Assembly: GCA_030167145.1 (NCBI GenBank)
Contig: CP126532.1
Coordinates: 2,310,001-2,342,000, forward strand
DNA from: Ktedonobacterales bacterium
GTDB lineage: Bacteria > Chloroflexota > Ktedonobacteria > Ktedonobacterales > JADMIN01
Length of the DNA stretch: 32,000 nt
Reading direction: 5' to 3'
Part shown: piece after piece, positions 24,005 to 31,921 of the stretch
How the letters are laid out: every line of letters begins with the position of its first letter
Numbering within the stretch: position 1 is the stretch's first letter
Program-made: the position numbers and the translations under genes
The notes under the pieces: generated by a model
Told to the model about the DNA's origin: nothing
Database searches by the model: none
The model's input: the letters and a program-made list of their open reading frames with translations, nothing else

Positions 24005-25144
24005 TCAGGCGATGGGGACGAATTGGAGGTCGCGGGTGGTGGCGTCGGCGGCGGCGAAGGTGAGCAGGTGTTCGGCTTCGTCGGAGATGGCGGCGCGGTC
24101 GGGGGCGGAGAGAGGCGCGAAGGGTTCGATGAGCAGGGTGGCGGTGTCGCGCTGGCGGGTGAGCTTCCATGCGCCACGGACGAATCCGTCGAGCAGGAAT
24201 GCGCCTCTGGTGAAGACGCGCTCGCGGTGGTCGCTGGCGATGACGCGGGTGCGGTCGGCGTGTGAGAGGAGCAGGTTGTCGTATTCAGGCAGGAAGCGCG
24301 GCGGGGCGGGGGCGTCGGGGTCAGGGAGCGGCGCGTTGGGCAGGTCGAATAGCTCGTTGCCCTGCTGGTCGCGGTAGGTGCGCAGTTGGGGACGGAGCCG
24401 CTCGACGACCGCGCGCAGGTGGGTGAGCCAGGACCACGCTTGGATGTCTTTGACGGTGGCGGGGCCGAAGGCGGCAAGGTAGCGCAGAACCATGGCGTCG
24501 GGTGTGGTGTCGGTAGCGATGGGGCTGCCGAGCCAGGCTTCGACGGTGGTCCAGGTAGCTTGGCCGCTCTTGCCCCAGACGCCGCGTGGCGGCAACTGGA
24601 TCAGCGGCGTGAGATAGCGGACGGCGTGGGCGAGGGATTCGGCGTCGCGGTCGGGCCATTGCTCGTGGAGCAGCTTGCCGAGCGCGGCGGTGGTGCGCGG
24701 TCGTTCTTCGAGAAGCGCGCGGCCAGCGGCAAGCAGCGCGGGCATCTCCATGCCGACGAGCTTGCGGCCGAAGGGGCTGCCGGTGTAGAAGCCGCGCTCC
24801 AGGACAGGCTGCACGACAGAGCGCAGCGCGAGGTAGTCGCGGGCGGTGACGAGATGGAGTGTGGTGCGCATCAGCGAGCCGCGCACGGCTGCTTTGCTGG
24901 TGATGAGGTGCGATAGCTCGTCGGGGTGAAAGGCTTGCAGCCGCGACCAGAGGCCGACGTAGGGGGCGTTGGGTGACTGGGCTTGCATGCCGACGAGATG
25001 CTCAATCGCCTGGGCGGCGGGCATGGTCTGGCGGGCGAGCAGCATCTGGCGGGCGAGCAGGGCGCGGTTGAGCGCGCGGGGACTGAGCACGTCACCAGAT
25101 GGGTTGGTAGCGCTGGTAGATGGTCGTGCGGGCATCGGTGGCAT
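24005..25144 (-). CDS. HTH_42 winged-helix DNA glycosylase family protein (AlkZ/YcaQ superfamily, AlkZ-like Q-x-Q motif)
   Basis: [20 protein letters not shown]...[27 protein letters not shown]...[10 protein letters not shown] is typical of DUF1006/'winged helix DNA-binding domain' proteins. The motif Q54-A-Q56 is encoded at 24977-24985. Confidence 0.8.
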   Translation of the reverse strand: MPPMPARPSTSATNPSGDVLSPRALNRALLARQMLLARQTMPAAQAIEHLVGMQAQSPNAPYVGLWSRLQAFHPDELSHLITSKAAVRGSLMRTTLHLVTARDYLALRSVVQPVLERGFYTGSPFGRKLVGMEMPALLAAGRALLEERPRTTAALGKLLHEQWPDRDAESLAHAVRYLTPLIQLPPRGVWGKSGQATWTTVEAWLGSPIATDTTPDAMVLRYLAAFGPATVKDIQAWSWLTHLRAVVERLRPQLRTYRDQQGNELFDLPNAPLPDPDAPAPPRFLPEYDNLLLSHADRTRVIASDHRERVFTRGAFLLDGFVRGAWKLTRQRDTATLLIEPFAPLSAPDRAAISDEAEHLLTFAAADATTRDLQFVPIA

Positions 25145-25203
25145 ACTGCTTTCTGTTAATGCGGCTAGCTGGGGTGGATGGAGCTATGCGTTGATGGGGA
25201 ACG

Positions 25204-25746
25204 TTACACGGGCTGGAGGGGGTGGTGTGGCGCGGGTGGCAGGGTGATGGTGATGGGGTCGCCGGGGCGGACGGGTCCGCTGGCGAGGACGACGGCCATG
25301 ACGCCCGCTTTGCGGATGAGGTTGCCGTCGGCGTCGCGGTCGAGCACGGCGGCCATCAGGCCGGGCTGGAGCTGATCGAGTTGCGTGCAGGGGTTGCGTA
25401 GGCCGGTGATTTCGATGATGGCCGTGTCGCCAAGTCGTAGCCGCGTGCCAGTGGGCAGGGCGAGCAGGTCAATCCCCTGGGTGGTGATATTCTCGCCCAT
25501 CTGCCCGGCGGAGACATGGAAACCGGCATCGCGAAGTTCCTGATGGAGTTCGGCGTGAATGAGATGGACCTGACGGAGATTGGGTTGGTGTGGGTCGCGG
25601 GCGACGCGCGAGCGATGCTGGACGGTGACGCCCGCATGGGCGTCGGCATCAACGCCCAGCCCTTCGCGCAGGTAGATGATCTGGTGGTTGTCTTTGCTGA
25701 ATGAATGGCTGGCGCTGCGGCTGACTGCCGCGACGGTTCCGCTCAT
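25204..25746 (-). CDS. MOSC domain-containing protein
   Basis: GLGVDADAHAG...RQVHLIHAELHQELRDAGFHVSAGQMGENITTQGIDLLALPTGTRLRLGDTAIIEITGLRNPCTQLD is the MOSC beta-barrel pattern with the conserved Cys. GAGGAGG lies 6 nt before ATG 25746. Confidence 0.85.
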   Translation of the reverse strand: MSGTVAAVSRSASHSFSKDNHQIIYLREGLGVDADAHAGVTVQHRSRVARDPHQPNLRQVHLIHAELHQELRDAGFHVSAGQMGENITTQGIDLLALPTGTRLRLGDTAIIEITGLRNPCTQLDQLQPGLMAAVLDRDADGNLIRKAGVMAVVLASGPVRPGDPITITLPPAPHHPLQPV

Positions 25747-25789
25747 GGTGGCCTCCTCTGGAGGTATTGTACCTGATTGATACGCTGGG

Positions 25790-26674
25790 CTATGGCGCGG
25801 GCAATTTGCGGAGTGTGGCGCTGTCGTAGTGCTCACGCGCCCAGAGGTAGCCAGCGATGAGCGGGGTCAGCAGCAGCAGTCCGGTGAGGTAGCCGCCGAT
25901 GACATCGGTGAGCCAGTGCTCGCCGAGGTAGACACGCGAGACGCCCACCAAGGCAACCAGCGCGAGGCAGATGACGACCAGGATTGCGCGTTCCCAGGAG
26001 GGGCGGAAGTTCATGATGACAACGAAGGCGAGGAAGCCGTAGAAGACGGTGTAGTGGAGGGTGTGGCCGCTAGGAAAGCTGAACGAAGAGAGTTGCTGCG
26101 TGACGTGGACGAGGTCGGGCGAGGGACGGCTGCGGGCGACGAGGAGCTTGAGCGCGCCGCCGATGAGGTCGCCCAGGAGAGTGAGGGTGAGGAAGATGGC
26201 TTCGAGTCGCAAATGGAAGAGCCAGAGCAGCATGGCGACGACGATGAAAATCACGGCGGACTGGAGTGGATAGCCGATATAGGAGACGAAGTAGAGCACG
26301 AAATAGACGAGGGGATTGCGGTCTTCTTGTAGCTCGCGGGTGAAGGGCAGATCGCCGGGCAACACGCTATAGCTGTGGGCGGCGAGCGCGAGCGCCAGCA
26401 GGGCCACCAGTACGACAAGGTACAGCGTCAGCACGACCCAGCCGCGCCGCAGCGCTCCGGGGAGGGGGTATTCCTCGCGCTGGATTTCGCTTGCCAGATG
26501 GTCCGCTATCTCGTGGGCGCGTTCTGTCAGTTGATGATGGTTCGCCTGGTGGCCATGCGGTTCGGGAGGCCCGCCTCGGAACGACTCGGCGGGGCTGCGC
26601 TGCGCTTGCACAGGGGGTGGCGGCGTATCGCCAGAGGGGCGCGCGTCTTGGTCGCTGGGTTGTGTTGTCGCCAT
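25790..26674 (-). CDS. PAP2-superfamily phosphatase (membrane) with N-terminal Pro/His-rich extension
   Basis: The three PAP2 motifs are visible: KLLVARSRP, SFPSGHT, SRVYLGEHWLTDVIGG. There are about 6 TM segments. AGGAG lies 9 nt before ATG 26674. Confidence 0.85.
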   Translation of the reverse strand: MATTQPSDQDARPSGDTPPPPVQAQRSPAESFRGGPPEPHGHQANHHQLTERAHEIADHLASEIQREEYPLPGALRRGWVVLTLYLVVLVALLALALAAHSYSVLPGDLPFTRELQEDRNPLVYFVLYFVSYIGYPLQSAVIFIVVAMLLWLFHLRLEAIFLTLTLLGDLIGGALKLLVARSRPSPDLVHVTQQLSSFSFPSGHTLHYTVFYGFLAFVVIMNFRPSWERAILVVICLALVALVGVSRVYLGEHWLTDVIGGYLTGLLLLTPLIAGYLWAREHYDSATLRKLPAP

Positions 26675-26800
26675 GGCGGCGTTCTCCTGCTTGTGGCTTG
26701 CTCTGTGGCGCGGGTTCCGCAAGGTCTGGGCCGAGTGTGTGGCGAGTGTATCACACGAGGGGCAGTGGGCAGCAGGCGCGTTATATCAAACGTCCACTCG

Positions 26801-27094
26801 TCAAGGATTTTTCAAGATGCTATGATCGCCGATACGCCGCCAAACGATATGTGCCTCTCCTTGCTGCACTTCAGCGCCATAGTGGAACGTTGCCCGCCCA
26901 TCAGGTGCCCAGGTCATCTCGAAGATGCCGGGGTGGCTTTGCACGCCTTTGATACGCAGGCTGTGGCGAAATGGCGCTTTGGCTTGGAGATCGCTGATCA
27001 TTTTGTGCAATGCATCGAGAAATTGTGCGCGCTGGGCAGGCGTGAGGGCAGCAAACTCGCGTAGGAACTGGGTAAATTCTTCATGCGTCGGCAT
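26801..27094 (-). CDS. RelE/ParE-superfamily-like toxin candidate
   Basis: At 97 aa, ...FRHSLRIKGVQSHPGIFEMTWAPDGRATFHYGAEVQQGEAHIVWRRIGDHSILKNP resembles the C-terminal beta-sheet signature of RelE/ParE-type toxins (..W.E.R....R..F......I.....IG.H.I). Its start overlaps the upstream small gene by 14 nt. Confidence 0.5.
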   Translation of the reverse strand: MPTHEEFTQFLREFAALTPAQRAQFLDALHKMISDLQAKAPFRHSLRIKGVQSHPGIFEMTWAPDGRATFHYGAEVQQGEAHIVWRRIGDHSILKNP

Positions 27095-27335
27095 CGTGGG
27101 GCGTCTCTCGCTCGTTGCGTACACGCTGTTCCGATGCTGCAATTTCCTCGTCGCTCACGCCCAGATGACGCAGCCACTCGTTTGTCTCATAGTATGTCGG
27201 GTGCGCCTGGCGATAGCGTGTCTCTTCCTCCATGGCCCAGGCAAGAAAGAGATCTTCGGGTGTACGCCCTTCGCTCTCAGCAATGTCTTTAATGATCTGG
27301 TATTGTTCGTCGGTCAGTTCAAATACATGGCTCAT
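27081..27335 (-). CDS. antitoxin-like small acidic protein (partner of the RelE/ParE-like ORF)
   Basis: At 84 aa, MSHVFELTDEQYQIIKDIAESEGRTPEDLFLAWAMEEE.... GGAGGT lies 6-7 nt upstream of ATG 27335. It sits upstream of, and overlaps, the toxin-like ORF. The assignment rests on position and size only. Confidence 0.45.
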   Translation of the reverse strand: MSHVFELTDEQYQIIKDIAESEGRTPEDLFLAWAMEEETRYRQAHPTYYETNEWLRHLGVSDEEIAASEQRVRNERETPHDADA

Positions 27336-27451
27336 CGGCATACCTCCACGACATCTGGCTCCTGGCTGAGAGCAGTGTACCACTGGCGCGCTTGCTCGTG
27401 TATACTGCCGTTGGCGGCAAGACATTAGTTATGTGAGAGATGGAGAGCGGG

Positions 27452-28048
27452 ATGAAGGATATGCGTCGTGTCTGTGTCTTCGCGGGTTCGAACGCTGGGG
27501 CAAAGCCGGTCTATGCCGAGACCGCGCGTGCGCTGGGCAAGGAATTGGCGCGGCGCAAATTGGAACTGGTCTATGGCGGGGCCAGCCGTGGGTTGATGGG
27601 AATCATGGCGGATGCGACGCTGGCGGCGGGAGGCAAGGCGCTGGGGGTGTTGCCGCGCGGCCTCTTTCGCCTGGAGCTGGCGCATACTGGCCTGACAAAA
27701 CTCTACGAGGTGGGCAGCATGCACCGGCGCAAGGCACAGATGGCCGATCTGGCTGATGCGTTCATTGCGCTGCCGGGCGGCTATGGCACATTTGACGAGC
27801 TGTTCGAGATCATCACCTGGGCACAGATCGGCCTGCATAGCAAGCCTATCGGGCTGCTGGATGTGGCGGATTATTTCGCGCCGCTGCTGGCGCTGGTGGC
27901 GCACGCCGCCACCGAAGGGTTCGTGCCGCCGCGCCACACGCAATTGCTGCTGCGCGCGGAGACGCCCGCCGCACTGCTCGACCAACTCGCCGCGTACACG
28001 CCGCCGGAGATGGAGGACAAGTGGACCACTGAGCCGCCGGAACGATGA
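27452..28048 (+). CDS. LOG family protein (TIGR00730; cytokinin riboside 5'-monophosphate phosphoribohydrolase-like)
   Basis: RRVCVFAGSNAGAKPVYAETARALGKELARRKLELVYGGASRGLMG...ALPGGYGTFDELFEIITWAQIGLHSKPIGLL carries the PGGxGTxxE motif. GGAGAG lies 4 nt upstream of ATG 27452; ATG 27440/27461 are alternatives. Confidence 0.9.
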   Translation: MKDMRRVCVFAGSNAGAKPVYAETARALGKELARRKLELVYGGASRGLMGIMADATLAAGGKALGVLPRGLFRLELAHTGLTKLYEVGSMHRRKAQMADLADAFIALPGGYGTFDELFEIITWAQIGLHSKPIGLLDVADYFAPLLALVAHAATEGFVPPRHTQLLLRAETPAALLDQLAAYTPPEMEDKWTTEPPER

Positions 28049-28102
28049 GGTGGTCTGGGGATAATAGCGAGGTAGCGCAGTGACCAGACAGGTAGCGAGC
28101 GC

Positions 28103-28510
28103 TCAGTAGCGTCCCTGTGCCTGAAGATTAGCCCGAATCTGTGTTTGAACGGGGTCATTCAGCCGCAGAAAGAAGGTGGTGGCGCGGCCGACTGCGGTCA
28201 ATGGCTCGATACGCGGCCCATCCCATCGGAAGTGCTCAGTCCACCGCTGTGTGCGAGGATTGAAGAGTGGGGTGAGATCTCCGGTGCTGGGGTCCAGTGA
28301 AGCAATATTGCTGCCCTTTCTGCGGTTGCAATCGAAGCATGCCAGCGCTAGATTTTCCATGATCGTCTGGCCGCCATGCTGAACCGCGATAATGTGGTCT
28401 GGCTCATGCGGTACCACCGCTTCTGCTTCGGGCCAACCGCAGTATTCACAGCGAAAGTGTGCTCGCGCGGCGATCTGCTGGCGTAGCGTCGTGCTCACGC
28501 GTTCACTCAT
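28103..28510 (-). CDS. HNH endonuclease
   Basis: RCEYCGWPE...HEPDHIIAVQHGGQTIMENLALACFDCNRRKGSNIA carries the HNH core with two CxxC pairs. The C-terminal LFNPRTQRWTEHFRW...GRATTFFLRLN extension is typical of small cyanobacterial/Chloroflexi-type HNH proteins. Confidence 0.85.
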   Translation of the reverse strand: MSERVSTTLRQQIAARAHFRCEYCGWPEAEAVVPHEPDHIIAVQHGGQTIMENLALACFDCNRRKGSNIASLDPSTGDLTPLFNPRTQRWTEHFRWDGPRIEPLTAVGRATTFFLRLNDPVQTQIRANLQAQGRY

Positions 28511-28769
28511 GCACGCTGTGCTCTGGGTGCTCTTGGCGAGGGAGTTGGGAGCGAATCAGGAGGAGGATGCGGTTCAGTTGGCCCAGCTGATCGAGTTCAT
28601 CGGCCTCGTCTGGCATGAGCGTTCCTGCCGAATTTTTGTCTAAGAGTTCACGAATGCGGGCGATAGTCTCTCCAGAGAGCCGGAAGGCGGATATTTCCTC
28701 TGGGGAAGGGCCGCGCGCGAAGAATGCCGCAATCTCTTGGTACGCGCGCAACTGCGTTGCCTGGCCCAT
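28503..28769 (-). CDS. small helical protein translationally coupled to the HNH endonuclease
   Basis: At 88 aa, ...PSPEEISAFRLSGETIARIRELLDKNSAGTLMPDEADELDQLGQLNRILLLIRSQL. Its stop overlaps the HNH ATG by 8 nt (ATGAGTGA at 28503-28510). Confidence 0.6.
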   Translation of the reverse strand: MGQATQLRAYQEIAAFFARGPSPEEISAFRLSGETIARIRELLDKNSAGTLMPDEADELDQLGQLNRILLLIRSQLPRQEHPEHSVHE

Positions 28770-28915
28770 GATCGACCTCTCATCACCCCAAGGGTCTGTT
28801 CAATGGTGCGGCCTCCAATCAGGAGGCCAATCTTATACCAGTATAGCACGTCAACACTCTCTAGGCGTTCCTCCGCAGTGTGGCCCCAGGGCTGGTGAAT
28901 TATCGAAATCGAACG

Positions 28916-29806
28916 TTAAGCGCCGGGCGTGGTGTCGGTTGCGGCGGGTTGCGGTTGCGGCTGAGGTATGGCGCCGGTGAGCGCGTCTTCGTCGGCGTAG
29001 AGGATACGCTCGCGCTCGCGTTGGGCGCGCTCGATGCCGGCGATCCAGGCGAAGAAGATGGTGCTGATGAGGAAGATGTCTATCAGGTTACCAGGGACGG
29101 CGAGCAGCGCACCTGCAACCTGCTGATCTACAGTTGGGGTGAGCCAACTGATGACGCGCGGGGCGCTGGCGTAGGCGGGATAAAGGATGCTGGTGGCGAA
29201 GAGCACGGCGACGCCGAAAATGTCGAGCGGGAGGCTTTCGAGCGCGAGATAGAGCATCTGGAAGGGCGTGGAGAGGCGTGTGTGGCGGTCCATGGGTGTG
29301 AGCAGCGGCCACCACGTGAGCACGCCAGCGAGCAGGAAGCAGAGCATCTGGATGTCGTGGGCGACGGGATTGTGGAGCGCGCGGGCATAGAGCGGGCCGA
29401 CGTGCCAGATGATGATGAGGACGTTGAAGGCGAGCGCGGCGAATACGGAGAAGAGCAGGCCGCGCGTGGCGTTGCGCAGGGCGCGGGTGGGGATCAGCCG
29501 CGACACGAGGCTCTCGGGCATGCCGTACATGAGCAGCGGCGCGGTGATGGTGGTGAGGATGAAAAGCTGCAAGGTATGGGCGCTGAAGAGGTAGTAGCGG
29601 CCCAGGGTGTCGAGCGGGGAGAGCAGCGTGAGCGCGAGGGTGAGCCAGCCCGCGACAAAGCAGACGATGCGGCGGGTGGGCGGAGAGCCGGGCATACCCA
29701 GGCGGGCGCGGAACGGTCCGAGCGCCAGGGCATAGGCGGCGAGCAGCGCAAGCACGATGATGATGGTGAGTGGGTCGAGGTTCCATGAGGTGGGCGCGGG
29801 TAGCAT
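28916..29806 (-). CDS. ctaG: cytochrome c oxidase assembly protein, caa3-type CtaG family (membrane)
   Basis: WNLDPLTIIIVLALLAAYALALGPF...FVAGWLTLALTLLSPLDTLGRYYLFSAHTLQLFILTTITAPLLMYGMP is typical of Caa3_CtaG. There are about 7 TM segments. ATG 29806 is preferred to the TTG at 29821. No SD is seen, so the start is uncertain. Confidence 0.75.
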   Translation of the reverse strand: MLPAPTSWNLDPLTIIIVLALLAAYALALGPFRARLGMPGSPPTRRIVCFVAGWLTLALTLLSPLDTLGRYYLFSAHTLQLFILTTITAPLLMYGMPESLVSRLIPTRALRNATRGLLFSVFAALAFNVLIIIWHVGPLYARALHNPVAHDIQMLCFLLAGVLTWWPLLTPMDRHTRLSTPFQMLYLALESLPLDIFGVAVLFATSILYPAYASAPRVISWLTPTVDQQVAGALLAVPGNLIDIFLISTIFFAWIAGIERAQRERERILYADEDALTGAIPQPQPQPAATDTTPGA

Positions 29807-29994
29807 ATGGGCGTATCTCAAGGGAATGGATGATGGTCAGGATGACAGAGGACAGTAGCGCCTCCGCAATTCAGCATAGCACTCGCGGGGGGTGCGGGCA
29901 AATAGGGTGGGGGTTGGGTCGGCAACGGTCCCGCTATGCAGACGAGTTACTGCCACATCTGCACGTAGTACTCTGGCACCACTTCAAGAGATGG

Positions 29995-30402
29995 TCAGGG
30001 CACGTTCGGATCAGTCCTGTGCCATGGTGGGGCAAATGTCACATCAAGTTCGCGCTGAGATTTGGGTCCCATATGAGAGCGCATCCATGTAAAGGATATA
30101 CTTGCTGGGTCCATCATCTCCATGAATCCGGCTCCGATGAGGTCGTGTACATACTCATCTCCATCGTCTAAGGCCTCTTCAAAGAAGTTGAGCAGCCTGC
30201 CGAGGGCATCCTCGGCGTTCGTAGCACTTGGGTCAGTGGCTTCCAGAGATTTGTAGAGCGTTTCAGTCCATCGCTCGACATCGGCGATGAAAATGTATTT
30301 CAACATTCCCTCGCTTTCATGTTTCATGTACAGCGTGTACATCTCAGGAACTCGCGCCAGCAAACGCGCAAGGAAATTAGTATAGGTAATGGTGCTCGGC
30401 AT
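29995..30402 (-). CDS. hypothetical acidic helical protein (immunity-protein-like), in low-GC islet
   Basis: 135-aa ORF in a markedly AT-richer stretch. ...LLNFFEEALDDGDEYVHDLIGAGFMEMMD....MGPKSQREL loosely resembles small helical 'immunity/DUF' proteins with a ..LI.V.FLE.L....LGP.L motif. This is a weak, unverified similarity. Confidence 0.5.
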   Translation of the reverse strand: MPSTITYTNFLARLLARVPEMYTLYMKHESEGMLKYIFIADVERWTETLYKSLEATDPSATNAEDALGRLLNFFEEALDDGDEYVHDLIGAGFMEMMDPASISFTWMRSHMGPKSQRELDVTFAPPWHRTDPNVP

Positions 30403-30476
30403 GATATGTCACTTTCCATCACACGCATAGATCACGGTTGCGATAGTGGTAGCCAGACAGGCGAAGCAATATCCCA

Positions 30477-30809
30477 TTATGATGGCAGGTTGGTATCAGG
30501 AGGATGCTCTGCCTTGTGCTGTGCCTCTACAAACATCCCGACAATGACCGCTAGTATGACGGCTATGACGGCAAGAGTTGCGATGGTCTGTAGGAGACCA
30601 GAGATTGGGGAATCAGTTATCAGCCCATTGGTGCCACTGACGATCAAGATGCAAGCGAGAGCTTCCTCCGCGACAATACTCGCTACCCTTGCAGGGTGAG
30701 ATCTTGGCGGCGGCAGGAAAATACGAATCTTCGAGAGATACGGAGAGCATGCGGCAAGGAGGATTCCCAGGATGATACTCCCAACCGGCACATATCCTGG
30801 CTCAGGCAT
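30477..30809 (-). CDS. hypothetical small membrane protein (about 3 TM), in low-GC islet
   Basis: 110 aa with hydrophobic segments VPVGSIILGILLAACSPYL, VASIVAEEALACILIVSG and ISGLLQTIATLAVIAVILAVIVGMFV. It lies 74 bp upstream of, and co-directional with, the 29995-30402 ORF. Confidence 0.45.
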   Translation of the reverse strand: MPEPGYVPVGSIILGILLAACSPYLSKIRIFLPPPRSHPARVASIVAEEALACILIVSGTNGLITDSPISGLLQTIATLAVIAVILAVIVGMFVEAQHKAEHPPDTNLPS

Positions 30810-31001
30810 GTTCTCCCTCGCTTTGATTCTTCTCCGCTATTATAGGACAGCCTCATCGGTATTGGAAACAGCTATTCTGGCGCTGATTCTGACGCTTTGG
30901 GTGTCCCGTGAGCACGGGATAGATAGCGTTGGCTTTCGCGCAAGCGAACGTTTGTGCTATGGTGTGCGTGCAAGCACATCGCGCAATACAGAGGGATAGC
31001 C

Positions 31002-31613
31002 ATGAAGCACGAGACTATCGCGTCCTGGGCGGAGCCTGTGCCGGGCGCTGCGCCGATGAGCGCGGACGATCTGTTGAAGCTGCAAGATGGCGCATGGCGC
31101 TACGAGTTGGTGGAGGGGGTGGTGGTGCGGATGACGCCGACCGGGCTGGAGCATTTCGATGTGACGCGCAGGTTGTTCCGCGCGATGGATCGCTTCGCCG
31201 AAGAGCGCGACCTGGGCATCGTCACGCTGCCTGATACTGGCTTTGTGCTGACACGGCCCGGTGAGCGTGATACGGTTCTCTCGCCCGACATCGCCTTCGT
31301 GAGCGCCGCCAGCGCGCAACACCTGCCAGCGCCCGGTACGCCCGAACGCAAGAAATATCTGCCGCTGGCCCCAGACCTGGCTGTGGAGGTGGCCTCGCCC
31401 GACCAGCATCACCCAGAGATGGCGGAGAAAGCGCGACGTTACCTGGGTGCGGGCGTGCGGCTAGTATGGGTGGCGTGGCCAGCGACACAGCAGGTGGATG
31501 TGTGGCGCGCGGGCAGCGACGCGCCGGTGGCGACAGTGGATGGCTCTGGCACACTGGATGGGTTGGATGTCTTTCCCGACTTTGTGTATCCGGTGACGCA
31601 ACTGTTTGGGTGA
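31002..31613 (+). CDS. Uma2 family (DUF820) PD-(D/E)xK putative endonuclease
   Basis: RYELVEGVVVRMTPTGLEHFDV...PDTGFVL...LSPDIAFV...APDLAVEVASPD...EMAEKARRYLGAGVRLVWVAWP is the canonical Uma2 layout. GAGGGA lies 5 nt before ATG 31002. Confidence 0.85.
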   Translation: MKHETIASWAEPVPGAAPMSADDLLKLQDGAWRYELVEGVVVRMTPTGLEHFDVTRRLFRAMDRFAEERDLGIVTLPDTGFVLTRPGERDTVLSPDIAFVSAASAQHLPAPGTPERKKYLPLAPDLAVEVASPDQHHPEMAEKARRYLGAGVRLVWVAWPATQQVDVWRAGSDAPVATVDGSGTLDGLDVFPDFVYPVTQLFG

Positions 31614-31649
31614 TCTTCTGTAGCGGAACAATAGATGAGAGGAATTGCT

Positions 31650-31910
31650 ATGGCGAACGCGAATCGTGGGTTGAAGCTGCGCTGCCGCGACGGGCATTTC
31701 GAGATGGCGTCGTTCGAGTTGAAGGGGCAGCCGGAGGGCTTTTGGATGTGGGTGTCGTGCGACTTTGGCGGTCCAGCCAGCGGCCACTGGCTCGCGCCCG
31801 ATCCCGCGCAGACGGGGAGGGTGATGGTCACGTCGCAGGCGTATTGCTGGCCCTCGGCGGTGGGGGCGTATGAAGCGCGCGACCGCTGGGAAGCGCAAGA
31901 GGAGGCGTAG
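31650..31910 (+). CDS. hypothetical small protein
   Basis: 86 aa (MANANRGLKLRCRDGHFEMASFELKGQPEGFWMWVSCDFGG...). GAGAGGAA lies upstream of ATG 31650, and GC3 is high. I recognise no family. It ends 11 nt before the next ATG. Confidence 0.4.
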   Translation: MANANRGLKLRCRDGHFEMASFELKGQPEGFWMWVSCDFGGPASGHWLAPDPAQTGRVMVTSQAYCWPSAVGAYEARDRWEAQEEA

Positions 31911-31921
31911 CGCGGCGCAGC

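Noticed and set aside
27483-27496. GGGTTCGAACGC, superficially like a tRNA T-arm (GGTTCGAA)
   Set aside because: It lies inside the LOG coding frame (…FAGSNAG…). No flanking acceptor or anticodon-stem complementarity is evident. No tRNA was found anywhere in the window.
27452-28048. LOG-family gene as a possible SLOG-type nucleotide-signalling or defence component, given its TA neighbours
   Set aside because: Its sequence is the canonical housekeeping TIGR00730 type, with an intact PGGxGTxxE motif and standard length. It is divergently transcribed from the TA-like pair with no fused or coupled effector. Adjacency alone is insufficient.
28880-29788. 302-aa plus-strand ORF opposite ctaG, plus the 232-aa out-of-frame minus ORF
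   Set aside because: These are antisense or out-of-frame shadows. The products are Gly/Glu/Arg/Asp-rich or Arg/Pro/His-rich with no domain features, while the CtaG frame gives clean TM helices.
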